Positions 48,712 to 61,862 of a stretch of DNA of 64,000 bases are shown piece after piece. Every line of letters begins with the position of its first letter. Position 1 is the stretch's first letter. The DNA comes from Octopus vulgaris. Lineage: Eukaryota. The DNA lies in assembly GCA_951406725.2 (NCBI GenBank), contig OX597814.1:165416001-165480000 (forward strand), written 5' to 3'. Below the pieces are notes generated by a model, which was not told the DNA's origin, made no database searches, and saw only the letters and a list, made by a program, of their open reading frames with translations. The position numbers and the translations under genes were made by a program.

Positions 48712-49093
48712 GGAAGCACTCCGTCGGTTACGACGATGAGGGTTCCGGTTGATCCGAATCAACGGAACAGCCTGCTCGTGAAATTAATGTGTAAGTGGCT
48801 GAGCACTCCACAGACACGTGCACCCTTAACATAGTTCTCAGGGATATTCAGCGTGACACAGAGAGTGACAAGGCCGGCCCCTTGAAATACAGGTACAACA
48901 GAAACAGGAAGTAAGAGTGAGAGAAAGTTGTGGTGAAAGAATACAGCAGGGATCACCACCATCCCTGCCGGAGCCTCGTGGAGCTTTTAGGTGTTTTCGC
49001 TCAATAAACACTCATAACGCCCGGTCTGGGAATCGAAACCATGATCCTATGACCGCGAGTCCACTGCCCTAACCACTGGGCCATTGCGCCTCC
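48712..49093 (-). mobile_element. Full-length tRNA-Arg-like SINE with 13-bp TSD
   Basis: TSD catttgtaaatta at 48699-48711 and 49096-49108; near-identical to 1554-1936. Confidence 0.92.
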
Positions 49094-49956
49094 ACCATTT
49101 GTAAATTACAATTTTACAAAATGGCAACATGTGAAGAAGAAGAAAGGATGGTAAGAGATGTATAGAGAGAGGTGTGAGAATGGACGAGATCCACCCTGTC
49201 CTCGTGTTCACATATAACTTTCCTGTTATAGTTCAAAGTTCAAAAAAGGAAACAAATGCAAGTTGTAAGTTCAAAATGAAAAAAAAAACATTAAACACAG
49301 CACCCACTGCTTCTACTATTACTTCTGACTATGTTAGTAATAGCAACAACAATTGCTGTTATGTGTCCAGCTACAGTCGTAAAAACAACAATTTTATTGT
49401 CACAAATTGTACAGAAGCTGGAATGAACAGAAGAAATATAATTGCATGCAACACCTACATCACTAATAACACTGCCACATTTATTGTAGGCACTAGTACC
49501 ACCAGAATCAATAGCAGCATCTGTATAAACAAGTGCAAGCAAACTGCAAAAGGTTTCTTCCTTGCGAGAATAGCTGAATATGTCTTTTTTTAATGTGTAC
49601 AGTAGTTAAGAATTGGCAGTCGAAAAGAGTCACATGCATCTAAGTTGAGAAGTGCTTGAGGGGTCAGTTTTGGAGCAATGTGGACACATAACAAGTGATA
49701 CAAGACAGCATAGGTGAGATTTTTTCCAGAAGCTTTTGCACACAAAGGCACTCCATTGTCCCATGTAAAATAAGATACATTTTGGAGAACATTCTTAGGA
49801 ATACAATTCTATATTTCTGAGATGAGGAATTTATATTATGTACACCATTTACATTAGTCAAACTTATGTCCTCATCTTGATTGTTGTTGAAGAAGGCTTG
49901 AGCATAAAACAGCCAAAACATAGTGAAAGCAATGGACACTATTCTGACTAATGTAA

Positions 49957-50352
49957 ACTCTTTACTCTTTTACTTGTTTCAGTCATTTGACTGCGGCCAT
50001 GCTGGAGTACCACCTTTAGTCGAGCAAATCAACCCCAGGACTTATTCTTTGTAAGCCTAGTACTTATTCTATCGGTCTCTTTTGCTGAACCGCTAAGTTA
50101 CAGGGACATAAACACACCAGCATCGGTTGTCAAGTGATGTTGTGGGGACAAACAGACACAAACACACACATACATATATGTATATACATATATACGACAG
50201 GCTTCTTTCAGTTTCCGTCTACCAAATCCACTCACAAGGTTTTGGTCGGCCCGAGGCTATAGTAGAAGAAACTTTCCCAAGATGCCACGCAGTGGAACTG
50301 AACCCGGAACCATGTAGTTGGTAAACAAGCTACTTACCACACAGCCACTCTT
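49957..50352 (-). mobile_element. CORE-type SINE (OR2-like), full length
   Basis: (ctctttta)2 tail, body and head homologous to the other copies. Confidence 0.88.
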
Positions 50353-51039
50353 GTGCCCACATAATCCTTTCTTTTCTACTGTAGGCATAAGGCCTGAAAT
50401 TTTGGGGGCAAGGTAAAGTCAATTACATCAACCCTAGTGTTCAACTTGATACTTATTTAATCAACCCTGAAAAGATGAAAGGCAATGTCGACCTCAGCAA
50501 AATTTGAACTCAGAAAGTGCAAATACTTAGAAATGTTCAAGCTTCATAAAGGAATTCATGATTTATAGAAATGTTCAAGGTTAAATTGAGATATTGGGGA
50601 TTAAGGAAGGATATTTAATGCTTATTAGAATGTTCAGTGTTAACACACTTATCCTCTTATTTAGTCTTTGGATTGTGGCCATGCTAAGGCACTGCTTTGA
50701 AAGGTTTAGTTATTTTTTAAGTTTGGTACTTTTTCTATTGGCCTTTTGCTGAACTGCTAAGTTACAGGGATATAAACAAACCAACACCAGTTGTCAAATG
50801 GTTGTGTGGGGTGAACTCATACACACCCACTCACACACATATATGTATGATGGGCTCTTACACAGTTTCTAGATACCAAATTCACTCACAAGGCATTAGT
50901 GGACTCGGGTCTATAGTAGAAGACACTTACCAAAGGTGCCATGCTGTGGGACTGAACCCAGAACCATTTAGTTGTAAAGTGAACTTCTTAACTTCACAGC
51001 CACAACTACACCTACAGTTTAATAATCATTACTACATCA

Positions 51040-51470
51040 GAAAGTCTTGTATTTTGATAGTTTTTCTGTATTTTTTCTGCAGTATTTTTGTTGGAAAAAA
51101 TTGTGATATCTAACAATGCACATGTGTTTGGTTTCCTGTCCTTTATTATCATGTCTGGACAGTTTGCCTTGATCTCTTTGTCAGTTTGGGCAGGCATACA
51201 TCAGATCATTGTAGCTAGGTTATTGTCATGTACTGTGAATGGAATGTGTTTGTGTCTCCTCTTATTCATTTTCATATCAGTGCTGGCATATTTCCCAGTG
51301 GATGTAGCTGCCAACTTGATCATGCCCATGTAAAAATTCAGATTTGGCAAGTCCTGGGTAATTGGAGATAACATGGTCATCTAATTCATTTTGTTCGTTG
51401 CACATTCTGCTTTTGGTGTTAGGATCCATTTTCATTATAATTGTGTGTGACTAAACATTGATCTTGTGCA
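51040..51470 (-). mobile_element. Decayed R4/Dong-like LINE fragment (CCHC knuckle and restriction-like endonuclease)
   Basis: RMCNEQNELDDHVIS..P.LAKSEF..GHDQVGSYIHW and QTDKEIKANCPDMIIKD....C.LLDITI match RLE-type motifs. Confidence 0.75.
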
Positions 51471-51509
51471 TCATCATCAACATCATCATCATCATCATTA
51501 TTATTATCA

Positions 51510-51735
51510 ACAAGGCAGTGAGCTGGCAGAATCATTAGCATGCCTGGCAAAATGCTTAGTAGCAGCATTTCAGCCATCTTTACGTCCTGAGTTCAAGTTC
51601 CACCGAGGTCAACTTTGCCTTTCATCATTTCGGGGTTGAGGAAAATAAATACCAGTGAAACACTGGGGTCAATTTAATCAATTAGTCCCCTTCCTCAACA
51701 TTTCAGGCTTTGTGCCTAGAGTAGAAAAGATTATT
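51510..51735 (+). mobile_element. Meta/MESC-like SINE
   Basis: Homologous to 975-1192. Confidence 0.8.
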
Positions 51736-51747
51736 ATTATTATTATT

Positions 51748-52077
51748 GAGTGAGAGAGCAGTGCATGCCATCAAAGTGACACTGGTGTAAAATATACGAA
51801 GCTCAGTATACCCATCATGACTACCCATCTGATAAGGGTACACCAGGCATATGCATCACAATCATATGTGCACGACATGGTAATCTCATATCAAGATAAA
51901 CAGCACATGACCTTGCAGGTGGGGCCCAGTTAGAATTTTCTTCTGATTGAGTAGCCCATCCCGCTCAAAAGATCCCTGAATAAGGATTGTTTAAGGATGT
52001 TGAACGAAACACCCATGTTATCAAAGGTGAATTATCCAAACCTCTAAGAATTCCTTTCAACACATGGCTATGATGCT
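51748..52077 (-). mobile_element. Non-autonomous retroposon with (AAT)n tail
   Basis: Extends the 1226-1335 fragment; abuts (TTA)n. Confidence 0.65.
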
Positions 52078-53519
52078 ATTTCTTGTAGGTGAAGTGACTA
52101 AGTAGACGTTCACATATTGGCTCAAGTTTTATCTCTATTATTCTGTTGTTACTACTGTTGTTTAGTCCTGGGTTAGCTCTGATTGAACAGCTGTACAACC
52201 AAAACATTCCAACTGTGACCATCCAGTGTATTCTTTTTCTCTGAGATAGTGGCATGTGAATCAAGGGAGATTTGGTTTCTACTTCTGGCAGGTCAAGTGA
52301 CTTCATAAAGGGCCCTCTAATAGATAAGTGTATTTATGTTTTATGCTATGTTGAATTGTGTTATGTGTGCTAGGTTCAGGTTTTGATTGTATAGGTATAT
52401 ATTTTCTGCTATTTCATAGTGTGGTGGTGATTCCCTGGAGCTTGTGTGAGTTGTGTTACCTGTCTTTTATTGGGTGATGATTGCATAGGCCAAGTGATCA
52501 TTAGGTTGTAAAGGTTATGTTATATTATTGAAGAGAATACTGTAAAATATGAGTTGTGGGCAGTGGATTGGCAACGGCAGTAGGACACTTTACAATATTT
52601 AACTGCGCACTCTAGGTACAAATCTTATTAAGGTCAACTTTACCTTTAACCCTTTTTGGGGTCGATAAGACAAACAGAATTGTTAGTGTGTCAGACAGGA
52701 TGCTTTGAAGTGTCTGTTCCAGTTTACACAGTCTGGGTTCAAATCCTGATCTGTCACTTAATGGTAACACTTCAGTTCGGAGTTGCAACCCATAGAAAAT
52801 ATCAGCAATTTGATATAGTTTCCTTGGTTCCAGTGGAAAAATTGACTTCCAGTCCTCCACCATGAGTTGTGAACCATATGTAGGATCTGTTACAGTATTA
52901 TCTGTTGATTATGTATTAGGTGTTAGATTTGTCTCAAATTTTGGCACAAGGCCAGCAAGTTTAGGGGAGGGTGTAAGTTGATTACATCAACCCCAGTGCC
53001 CAACAGACCTTTTATTTTATCAACCCCCAAAAAATGAAAGGCAAAGCCCACCATGGCAGAATTTGTACTCACAACATAAAGCAGACAAAATACTGCTAAA
53101 CATTTTGCCTGGTGCAGTAAAGATTCAGCCATCTTGCCGCCTTTATTAAGTATGATATTATTAAGGGGTCATTGTTGTACAGAGAGTTTACCACATGAGT
53201 GGTTCTATTGAATTGAATTGAAAGTGTCTTACTCAGCAAGTAGGCTGCCTTCTAGACACCTTCTTTTTTTCACCATGTGTCTATGATCACATTCTTCTTT
53301 GTCATATTATTTTATGTTTAAAATTTACATTTGTTATATTGTATGGGTGACACAGTTTAAACTTCAAATTAAAAGATACCCAATGTACCTGTTGAACCTG
53401 TTAGGAAAAGCAGCCAACTCTAGAACTGGATTAATGTAGTACCAGCTTGTAGCATGAGTTAAGAAATACTTATAAATATTAATGCTCTTACTTATATAAT
53501 AAGCTATAATATAAACGTT

Positions 53520-54110
53520 ACATGTTCTAGATTTAGTATGAGCAAATCTGTTGACAGTGGGAATATCAGTTTCATAGGTAAGTTTATGTTCAATGTTCAT
53601 TCCAGTGAGATTGGTCAACAATTTTGACCAAAGATGGTCCTTGGTTCATTTAAAATTTTTTTCAGTTTTGAAAATGACTGCTTACCATTACAGTTGGTAA
53701 TTATTAGTGACAAAAAGATGTGCTAGGCTTCTAGCTTTGGAAACAAAGGTTGAAAGAATTCGCAGTCATCAATTAATAAAACTCTAAGTTTACAAGCTCT
53801 TGCTTGGCACCAATATGAAAAGCAATGTTAGCTTTAAATTGAACAAATTCTTCACTGAGACTTTCTTACAAATCTCCTGGATCTGATTTGACACAATTTG
53901 GTGACATCTTTACAACATCTTCAGGTTTAAATGCCTTTAACTGATGAAGAACTCCACAATAGAACATTCATTGTTTTAGTAAACTTTCTGGTATTTGAGC
54001 AGGATAAAAGCAAATCATCACACATAGCAAGAAGTGTTTAGCTTTAAAATTTCTGAGAGAGAATCTGAAATTCAACAAGTGGGTCAAATGTGTTGGCACT
54101 ATGCTTGCAT
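53520..54110 (-). mobile_element. Decayed hAT transposase C-terminal (dimerisation) region
   Basis: Minus-strand TNCNGKQSFSKLKKILNEPRT...LTNLTGMNIEHKL.....VNRFAHTKSR resembles the hAT motif TxxSxERSFSKLKxIKNxLR..QERLxxLAxxxIE...FAxxKxR. The 5' boundary is uncertain. Confidence 0.7.
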
Positions 54111-54315
54111 TAAGAGTTTATTACCAATATTCACTCTCTGATGGGGTTTTTTTTTTCTTATTTATTATTTTGTTCAGTGTTGCAAAAATTGAACCACATA
54201 TCTTGAATATATCCCTGTAAGAATTCATTGATTACAAACCAACACTGATCATTTGATAATATTGTAATATTTGATTCCACAATATAACCGCTATTCCTAT
54301 TTCCAACTTCATTAA

Positions 54316-54533
54316 CTTTTTAGCATTTGATTCGACCATGTCTAGCACAAATATGTTACCTGTTTTATATTAAAACTGACCAGATCCAACCTCTCACACT
54401 TACCCAACAATGTCATTATAAAAATATAAAAGTGCACCATTGAAATTTTGAAACTACAAAATAATGTGATTAATGCAAAACAATGTAAATAAATTAGCAA
54501 TACATTTGACAAAGAAATTCGAATGCTAAAGGA
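54316..54533. mobile_element. piggyBac-like MITE
   Basis: TTAA flanks at 54312-54315 and 54534-54537; TIRs ctttttagcatt / aatgctaaagga. Confidence 0.7.
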
Positions 54534-55397
54534 TTAAGGCTGAAAGTGGTCCATGAGCCTGTTGTTGACACTCTTTTCTGATCATTGTTATTTGAAACAA
54601 CATCCAACACTTGTTTAACTGCAGAAAAGTTGTTTGTATAACAGTGCTTTTGTTGCTTTTGCACAAGTTCACCACTTAGGATATGGCATTCTTTTCACAA
54701 TGGACAAATGAGCTGCATTAAATAATGCAGTAAAGGTGGTGGTAGTAGCAGTGGTGGCATTTTACATGCATAGTCTTAAGTGATAGTTTCCATTCACTTA
54801 TAAGTGTAGATCCATGTAGGTGTCATAATATAGAATCTGAAAACTAGATGATGGACAGACCTGGAGTAACAAGGGCATGTCAATGATGAGGCCATGAATG
54901 GGAACAAAAGGGCTCTGATGAATCTGCTAATTGATTGATTCGACAAACAATTGATTGGTTAATTGGTTTACAAATTAATTGATGATAAAAAAATTAAATA
55001 GAACTGGTGTGTATGTTTCTTTTCATAATGACCTTTCCAAGATGCAACAAAATAATTTCATCTCAATTATTAAATGAAAGACTTGTTCTAAAAATCTTAC
55101 ACTATGCAAAAACTGAGTTTGCAATTACTGGACATACAATGTATTTATAGAATTAAATGAGCCATTTTGATAAGGAAACTAAACCCAAGTATTTATTCTC
55201 ATGAAACTTTTTGAACTTGAAAGCATTTGAGTCTATAATTATTTATACCTTTTTGTGAGTACAACTGAAAACATCTAGATGCATTTTTTTTTTACATGGA
55301 TTGAAACCTAGCTATTTTATCAATTTACAATTACTTTTATGGACCCAACTGCATATTTAATTACACCTGATCTGTGTAATTAGATCACATATCTAAG

Positions 55398-55797
55398 TAG
55401 CTGTGTGGTAAGTAGCTTGCTAACCAACCACATGGTTCCGGGTTCAGTCCCACTGCGTGGCATCTTGGGCAAATGTCTTTTGCTATAGCCTCGGGCCGAC
55501 CAAAGCCTTGTGAGTGGATTTGGTAGACGGAAACTGAAAAAAGCCCATCGTATATATGTATATATATATATATGTGTGTGTGCATCTTTGTGTGTCTGTG
55601 TTTGTCTCCCTAGCATTGCTTGACAACCGATGCTGGTGTGTTTACTTCCCCGTAACTTAGCGGTTCGGCAAGACAGACCGATAGAATAAGTACTGGGCTT
55701 ACAAAGAATAAGTCCCGGGGTCGATTTGCTCGACTAAAGGCGGTGCTCCAGCATGGCCGCAGTCAAATGACTGAAACAAGTAAAAGAGTAAAAGAGT
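55398..55797 (+). mobile_element. CORE-type SINE (OR2-like), CpG-rich young copy
   Basis: gctgtgtggtaagtagcttgctaaccaaccacatggttccgggttcagtccc head, ggcatcttgggcaaatgtctt CORE-like block, (taaaagag)2 tail. Confidence 0.9.
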
Positions 55798-55962
55798 ATA
55801 TCACAGAGGCTTAAGTGGCATTATATAAGCTAATCAGTAGTGGTTTGCTAGTTGTTTTCTCTTGGAAAGTTGAATTATGATTATTTTTATGGATTCAACT
55901 GCATATTTAAAGGACCTGTATAGATTAGTTCATAAGTGGTGTAATAAAATGAATACATTCTT

Positions 55963-56535
55963 ATCATCATCATTTAACGTCCATTGTCCATGCTGGTATG
56001 GGTTGGACAATTTGACTGGGCTGCCATGCTGGAAGGCTGCACCAGACTCCAGTCTGATTTAGCATGGTTTTCTATGGTTGGATGCCCTTCCTAACATCAA
56101 CCACTCTGAGAGTGTAATGGGTATGTTTATCTTCCATCAGCTATCTATCTATCCGCTCAGTCGAAGTCAACTCTCAGTTACTCGATGGATTAGTGTCCTC
56201 CAGTCAGTTCTATCCTGGGCTGCCTCTTTCAGATTGGCTATGTCCATTCCAGTATCCAGCACAGGTGCCAATTTGCATGACGCTAGTATCTGCCACAATT
56301 GCAATTTTGCTCAGTTTGATGGGTCTTCTTCTCAGGCATGACATAATGCCAAAGGTCTTGGTCATTGCTTCCATGAGGCCCAACATACAAAAGATGTTCT
56401 TTACGTGTCACCAGCACAGGTACACTTGGCTTGAAGGGTCTTCTCAAGCACAACATATTGCCAAAGTTCTCAGTCACCAGTCATTGTCTCTGTGAGGCTC
56501 AAAGTTCAAAGATAATGCTTCACCACCTCATCTCC
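55963..56535 (-). mobile_element. Rearranged RTE LINE 3' fragments
   Basis: Terminal block plus two copies of the ORF2-end segment (gggtcttct..caaag.tct..gtca..tgaggc.caa). Confidence 0.7.
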
Positions 56536-56544
56536 AGTTCTTGT

Positions 56545-56665
56545 AGTGATGATGGTGGAGGATATCAACTCCTTGATTTTCTAAAATGCACCATAAATGT
56601 CCAATAATATTGAGATCTGGGGACTGTGGTGACCAGATAAGAAGTTCAACTTCACTAGAATGTGG
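56545..56665 (-). mobile_element. Tc1 transposase fragment
   Basis: Minus-strand LIWSPQSPDLNIIGHLWCILEN (WPxQSPDLNxIExLW motif). Confidence 0.65.
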
Positions 56666-56860
56666 AAGGTGGGGATATGTAGGTCTTCTGTTGCAGCAGG
56701 GAGAGCTCTGTGGGAGTTTTCAGTATAAGGGAAGAGGTTACTGGTAGAAGAGATTAACGGTATAAGAGAAGAGATTTCCAGTACGAGAGAAGGGATTTCC
56801 AGAATTGGTGGTGGGGGCAGGAAAGGGTTGGTGCATTGCGAACAGAACAAGAAATGGAAG

Positions 56861-57320
56861 AAATGGCTAGCTTCACCACAAGAAAATCGAAATAGCAGTA
56901 AAGGGCAATAGTGAAGCAAAGAACTATAGAAACACAAGAATTATGACAAATATTTAAAGGGATACAGTTCTCGAAGTTATTAATGAATTACAAGTTACAA
57001 AGTTATTTTAACTCAAGAGCATTAGCATGTTAATAATACATATTAAATGAATGAAAGAATGATGAATGATTAAAAACTAGAGAAGTTTCTTAGCTTAGCG
57101 CCTGGATATTTCGCGTCGTGCTTTGATGATGTCAAATAGCAGGACAAGATGAGAAGATTTGAGAGAAACCATCTGCGAAGGGGTTCTTTATATAATCTAC
57201 AGCTGGAAGTGGTCAAATAAAATGGCTAGCTTCACCACAAGAAAATCGAAATAGCAGCAAAAGACAATAGTAAAGCAAAGGACAATAGAAACACATGAGA
57301 ATTATGTCAAGTATTTAAAG
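56861..57320 (+). repeat. ~100-bp direct repeat (56861-56959 and 57220-57320)
   Basis: aaatggctagcttcaccacaagaaaatcgaaatagcag...gaattatg..aa.tatttaaag occurs twice. Confidence 0.85.
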
Positions 57321-58861
57321 AGTTCCATTATTATATCACCCAAAGTTTGACCCACATTGATGCCTTTGGAATGTAAACTCTGGTAGAGGATAGCTCAGAT
57401 GTGGTACAGTATGTTAGAAATCTGCTCTTAACCATAGTAAGGCTCCCACTGACAGTTTGAATTGGCAATTTGAAGTGAAATGACCTTTATTAATGAACAG
57501 CTGGTAACTGCCAACACTCCTGATATACCTATATTTCCTCCTATCTAGCAATTATGTTGACATTAACAAACATTAACAATTTTTATGGTAATGCATTAAG
57601 TCAAAATTTGAATAGTTGGATCCTATTTCTAAAGCTCCTGATTCTGTTTCAAGCCAAATCAAAAACACAATGCTTGAATGCTACAATATTACATAAATTC
57701 ATATAACACATTGTTATTTAAGCTGTTAAAATTTTAAATAATTTCTGATGATACACAACTTTAATGTACTACTTTTGCTTTGTTCTGCTGCTGTTGACAT
57801 TGTTGATAGTAATGATGAATAATTATGATTTTGAAAATTAATAAGACCTAAAACATGTGTGTATCTATAAATGTGTCTAACTTATGTATCTAGGTGATGT
57901 AAAAGTCTAAGAAAATTTTAACACTGAGAAACTTCAGTGTGTGCAATGCAGATACCATTTTTCTATGTTGTTACTATATCAGCATCAATCTATGCAGTGT
58001 TACATATAATTATCCATATACAAATAGATCAGACCTATTGTATTCACCGATTGACTTCAGTATTCATTGACTGTTGTTGTGAAGGCCATTAAGACTGGAA
58101 GCTACAAGCATGTAAGGGAGACTGGTAGTATCAGATCTCAGTTCAATTCTTGATACAAGCTTTCCGTAATGATCACCTTTGGTAACAATGTTGCCTTCAA
58201 TCACATATTCTTATGGATGTCTTTCATAGGGATGGGTACAAGATACAGGTGGTTAGTGAAAGAAGTGACATGAGATAAAAGTTATTTAGGAAGAAAGTGG
58301 TTGATGTGATAGTTTGTAGAAATGGTATTAGGAAACAATGCTACCTAAGCCAACCTCCTAGTTGAGATATGTAGCCAATATCTTTTTAACCTGGTCTCAT
58401 CTGGAAGAAGCACTTGTTCTGCTGGATCATGAGACTTCAGAAAGATCTTCAAAACAATTCACAGCTGAGAAGGAAAATGTTCTGAATGTTCTAAGAACTA
58501 AACTTACTTGCTCATTCCAAGAGTAAAGATATAAGGAATCAAGAATGTTAGAAACCTGCTGTGATCTGTTTAATATAAGAGGCGTGTTGGAAAAAATTCA
58601 GATCTGTGATCCATGCACCATCATGATAATTTCAAAAACAGGTCTGCCTTTCAGGGACTTCTCTCCTGAACAGGTCCTCCTTCAGAAGAGATTATAATAA
58701 AGAAATGCAGACAGTCCATCCATTCAGCTGTGTCAGTGAATACAAAGATGATGCTATCTGTTTCCAAACAGTAAGGCTTGAGGGACTCCAAAATGTTGCA
58801 ATCTGTAGCGAGATATTAAAATCAAGTATGGCTGATAATTTGTAGAATTCAGGAGGAACTA

Positions 58862-60132
58862 CAGAAGGTAGCTGGAAATTCTTACGGGACAGCTTACTGA
58901 GTGTCACACACTAAGTCTGCACCTCACATAAGAGGTGCAGCAACATTAAAGGAAGATTAACCTGGAAGATAGCTTTCAAGTGCAGCAGATGCACAGGGGC
59001 AATAAACACCACAGATGCTCAGAAAACACTCCATTACATGCCAGGGGGAGAAACTAGAAGTAGTTGATAGCTTCCACTACCTAGGTGACCAAGTCTGTAG
59101 TGGGGGTGGAAGCTCAGAGAGTGTTACCACTAGAATAAAAATAGCCTGGGCAAAGTTCAGAAAGCTTCTACCCCTACTGGTGACAAAGGGCCTCTCACTC
59201 AGAGTGAAAGGTAGGTTTGTATGATGCATGTGTGTGAACTGCCATGCTTTATGGCAGTGAAACATGGGCCGTGACTGCCTGAAGATGTGTAGGCTCGAAA
59301 GAAATGAAGCTAGCATGATCTGCTGGATGTGTAATGCTAGTGTGCACACACGACAGAGTGTAAGTGCCCTGAGAGAAATGTTAGACATAAGATGCATTGG
59401 ATGTGGCATGTAAGAGAGACGTTTGCGCTGGTATGGTCATGTACTGCAGATGGACAAGGAGAGCTGTGTGAAGAAGTGCCACTCCCAAACAGTGGAAGGA
59501 ATCTGGGGTAGAGGGAAACCCAAGAAGACATGGGATGAGGTGGTGAAGCATGACCTTCGAACGTTGTGCCTCACAGAGGCAATGACAAAAGACCGAGACC
59601 TCTGGAGATATGCTGTGACTGAGAATACCTAGCAAATAAAGTGAGTCCACAGCTGTAACCTACACCAGTATCACATAACCGGCCCACTCAAAAGTACTTT
59701 GGATTGAAGGTGACATGCCATGCTTGAGGAGACTTTTCAGTCAAGTACATCAACATCAACGGCAATATCAAAATCAAATCAAATGGAAATTGTAGCTGTG
59801 AGCCCCATGCCGGTAGCACGTAAAAAACACCATCTGAATGTGGCCAATGCCAGTGCCACTTTGACTGGCTTCCATGTTGGTGGCATGTAAAAGCACCATC
59901 CGATCATGGTCGATGCCAGCTCCTCTGGCCCATGTGCCAGTGACATGTAAAAAAAGCACCCACTACACTCTCGGAGTGGTTGGTGTTAGGAAGGGCATCC
60001 AGCTGTAGAAACACTGCCAAATCAGATTGGGGCCTGGTGCAACCTCCTGGCTTCTCAGACCCCAGTCAAACTGTCCAACCCATGCCAGCTTGGAAAACGG
60101 ACGCTAAACGATGCTGATGATGATGATGATGA
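58862..60132 (+). mobile_element. Truncated, internally deleted copy of the RTE LINE family with 3' UTR array and (GAT)n tail
   Basis: HKRCSNIKGRL...KCSRC, CQGEKLEVVDSFHYLGD...AWAKFRKLLPLL, RWYGHV...GRGKPKKTWDEVVKHDLRTL. Confidence 0.9.
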
Positions 60133-60190
60133 AATGGATGTTGCCAGCTGTTATGGAACAAAGTCATAAGAGGAAACAACTGAAGTACTC

Positions 60191-60497
60191 CTTCCTTTGT
60201 TCCTTCTCGAGCCATGCCTGGCTCATAAGGGCCGGTTTCCTGGTTTCCTTGGTGTATAGGTTCCCCACCTGGATGGGACACCAGTCCGTTGCAGGTGAGC
60301 TGCAAGATGCAGGAGGAAGGAGTAAGAGAAAGTTGTGGCAAAAGAGTCAGCAGAAGTTTGCCATTACTTTCAGCTGGAGCCGCATGGAGATTAGGTGTTT
60401 CACTCATAAACACAGGCATCGCCTGGTCTGAGATTCGAACCCGCGATCCCTCGACCACGAGTCCACTGCTCTAACCACTAGGCCATGTGCCTCCACT
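60191..60497 (-). mobile_element. tRNA-Arg-like SINE with an alternative 3' tail, 12-bp TSD
   Basis: Head and body related to 1554-1936, but tail ...gaaaccggcccttatgagccaggcatggctcgagaaggaac. TSD actgaagtactc (60179-60190) / actgaattactc (60498-60509). Confidence 0.82.
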
Positions 60498-61400
60498 ACT
60501 GAATTACTCAGTACACATTCTGAGTTCTGATAACCCTCTTAGTTGGTCCAGAATGGGCACAAACACCACATGGAAGCCTAGCAGAGAATATTAAACCCAC
60601 AACCCCAAAGATGTATAATTTTAGGTTTAAAGTTCCTAATTTTCATCACTATTGAACATTGTCCTACAGAACATTGGTTAAGTTCTAACTGTTTAACTCG
60701 TGGGTGTGAGTTCAATACTTGAGTCAGTCAGATAATACTAACGACTGGGAAAATATTAACAAATATAGCATGCACTTGAAGGGAGTCAGGGTGTGATACA
60801 ACCTAGATGAAAGTACTAGTGTGAACATGTCAGTGCATTATAATAGTATAGCGAGGGAAACTAGATGAACAGATGTATGAATTCATAAAAGACATGAGTC
60901 AACATTTAAAATCAAACAATATACATAAAAATATATATATGCAGATTATATATGAAATTGCTTTATTTGTGTGTCTCTGCTCACCTACCTTTATTTTACA
61001 TGGTTCAGTTCATCTGAGAGAATTAAATGAAAACCAGGTTCCATTCCCATATGGTGCCCGAACTGGTTTATTTGAGTTAAATGTTTGGTCATGAACACAA
61101 TATAGCTGCTATGTATTCTTATTCATCAAACTTGTCACCATATCTGATTACTTATAATATATACTAAAGTGTTACCTGTCATATGACATATAATGTCGAA
61201 AATTTGCTGAGGCCACAGAGAGTAATATCATCATCAATAATATTAATATGCTAACTTTTGTTTTTTTGTGTACGTATGTTCATACTTGTGGTGTGTGTCA
61301 CACTTACTTTAAAGGAAGAGGTAAAAAGGTTGAAGGGAGAGGTACAAAGAAAAAAGGAATAAAAGGTGTTAAGCAGAGGAGGTATAGTAGGAATGAGTGG

Positions 61401-61544
61401 CAAAGTGGGAGAGAAGAGGGATAGAGAGGAAGTGAGAGAGAGAGACAGTGAGTGGTGACTGAAAGGAAGGTGGCATTCCTTTTTCTGTTTTTAAATGTTT
61501 ACCAGTATTTTCAGAGTAGACTGATGCATACAATGAAAGAAAAG

Positions 61545-61610
<66 letters not shown>

Positions 61611-61620
61611 CATACATACA

Positions 61621-61652
<32 letters not shown>

Positions 61653-61862
61653 CATGCATACATACATACATGCATGCATACATACATACATACATACATA
61701 CATACATACATTGTTAAATTAAAAGTGGGAAAGAGGAAGTGAGACAGAAAGAAGGACAGTGAGTGGTAACTGAAAGGAAGGTGGTGTTCGTTTCCTGTTT
61801 TTTAATGTTTATCAGTATTTTCAGAGTAGATTGATACATACATTGAAAGAAAAGTAGATACT
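61401..61862 (+). repeat. ~140-bp direct duplication flanking a (GATA)n(CATA)n microsatellite
   Basis: gacagtgagtggt.actgaaaggaaggtgg...cagtattttcagagtaga.tgat.cataca.tgaaagaaaagtagata occurs twice; microsatellite at 61545-61711. Confidence 0.9.

Noticed and set aside
49174-49939. ORFs of 83-139 aa in unique-looking sequence
   Set aside because: No recognisable motifs; possibly decayed transposon sequence, but I cannot support a call.
47760-51470. A single continuous R4/Dong element
   Set aside because: On the minus strand the RLE fragment lies upstream of the RT fragment, the reverse of the expected order, so they are treated as separate fragments.
53941-53970. CTGATGAAG hammerhead start
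   Set aside because: No downstream GAAA or closing helices; it lies within the hAT remnant.
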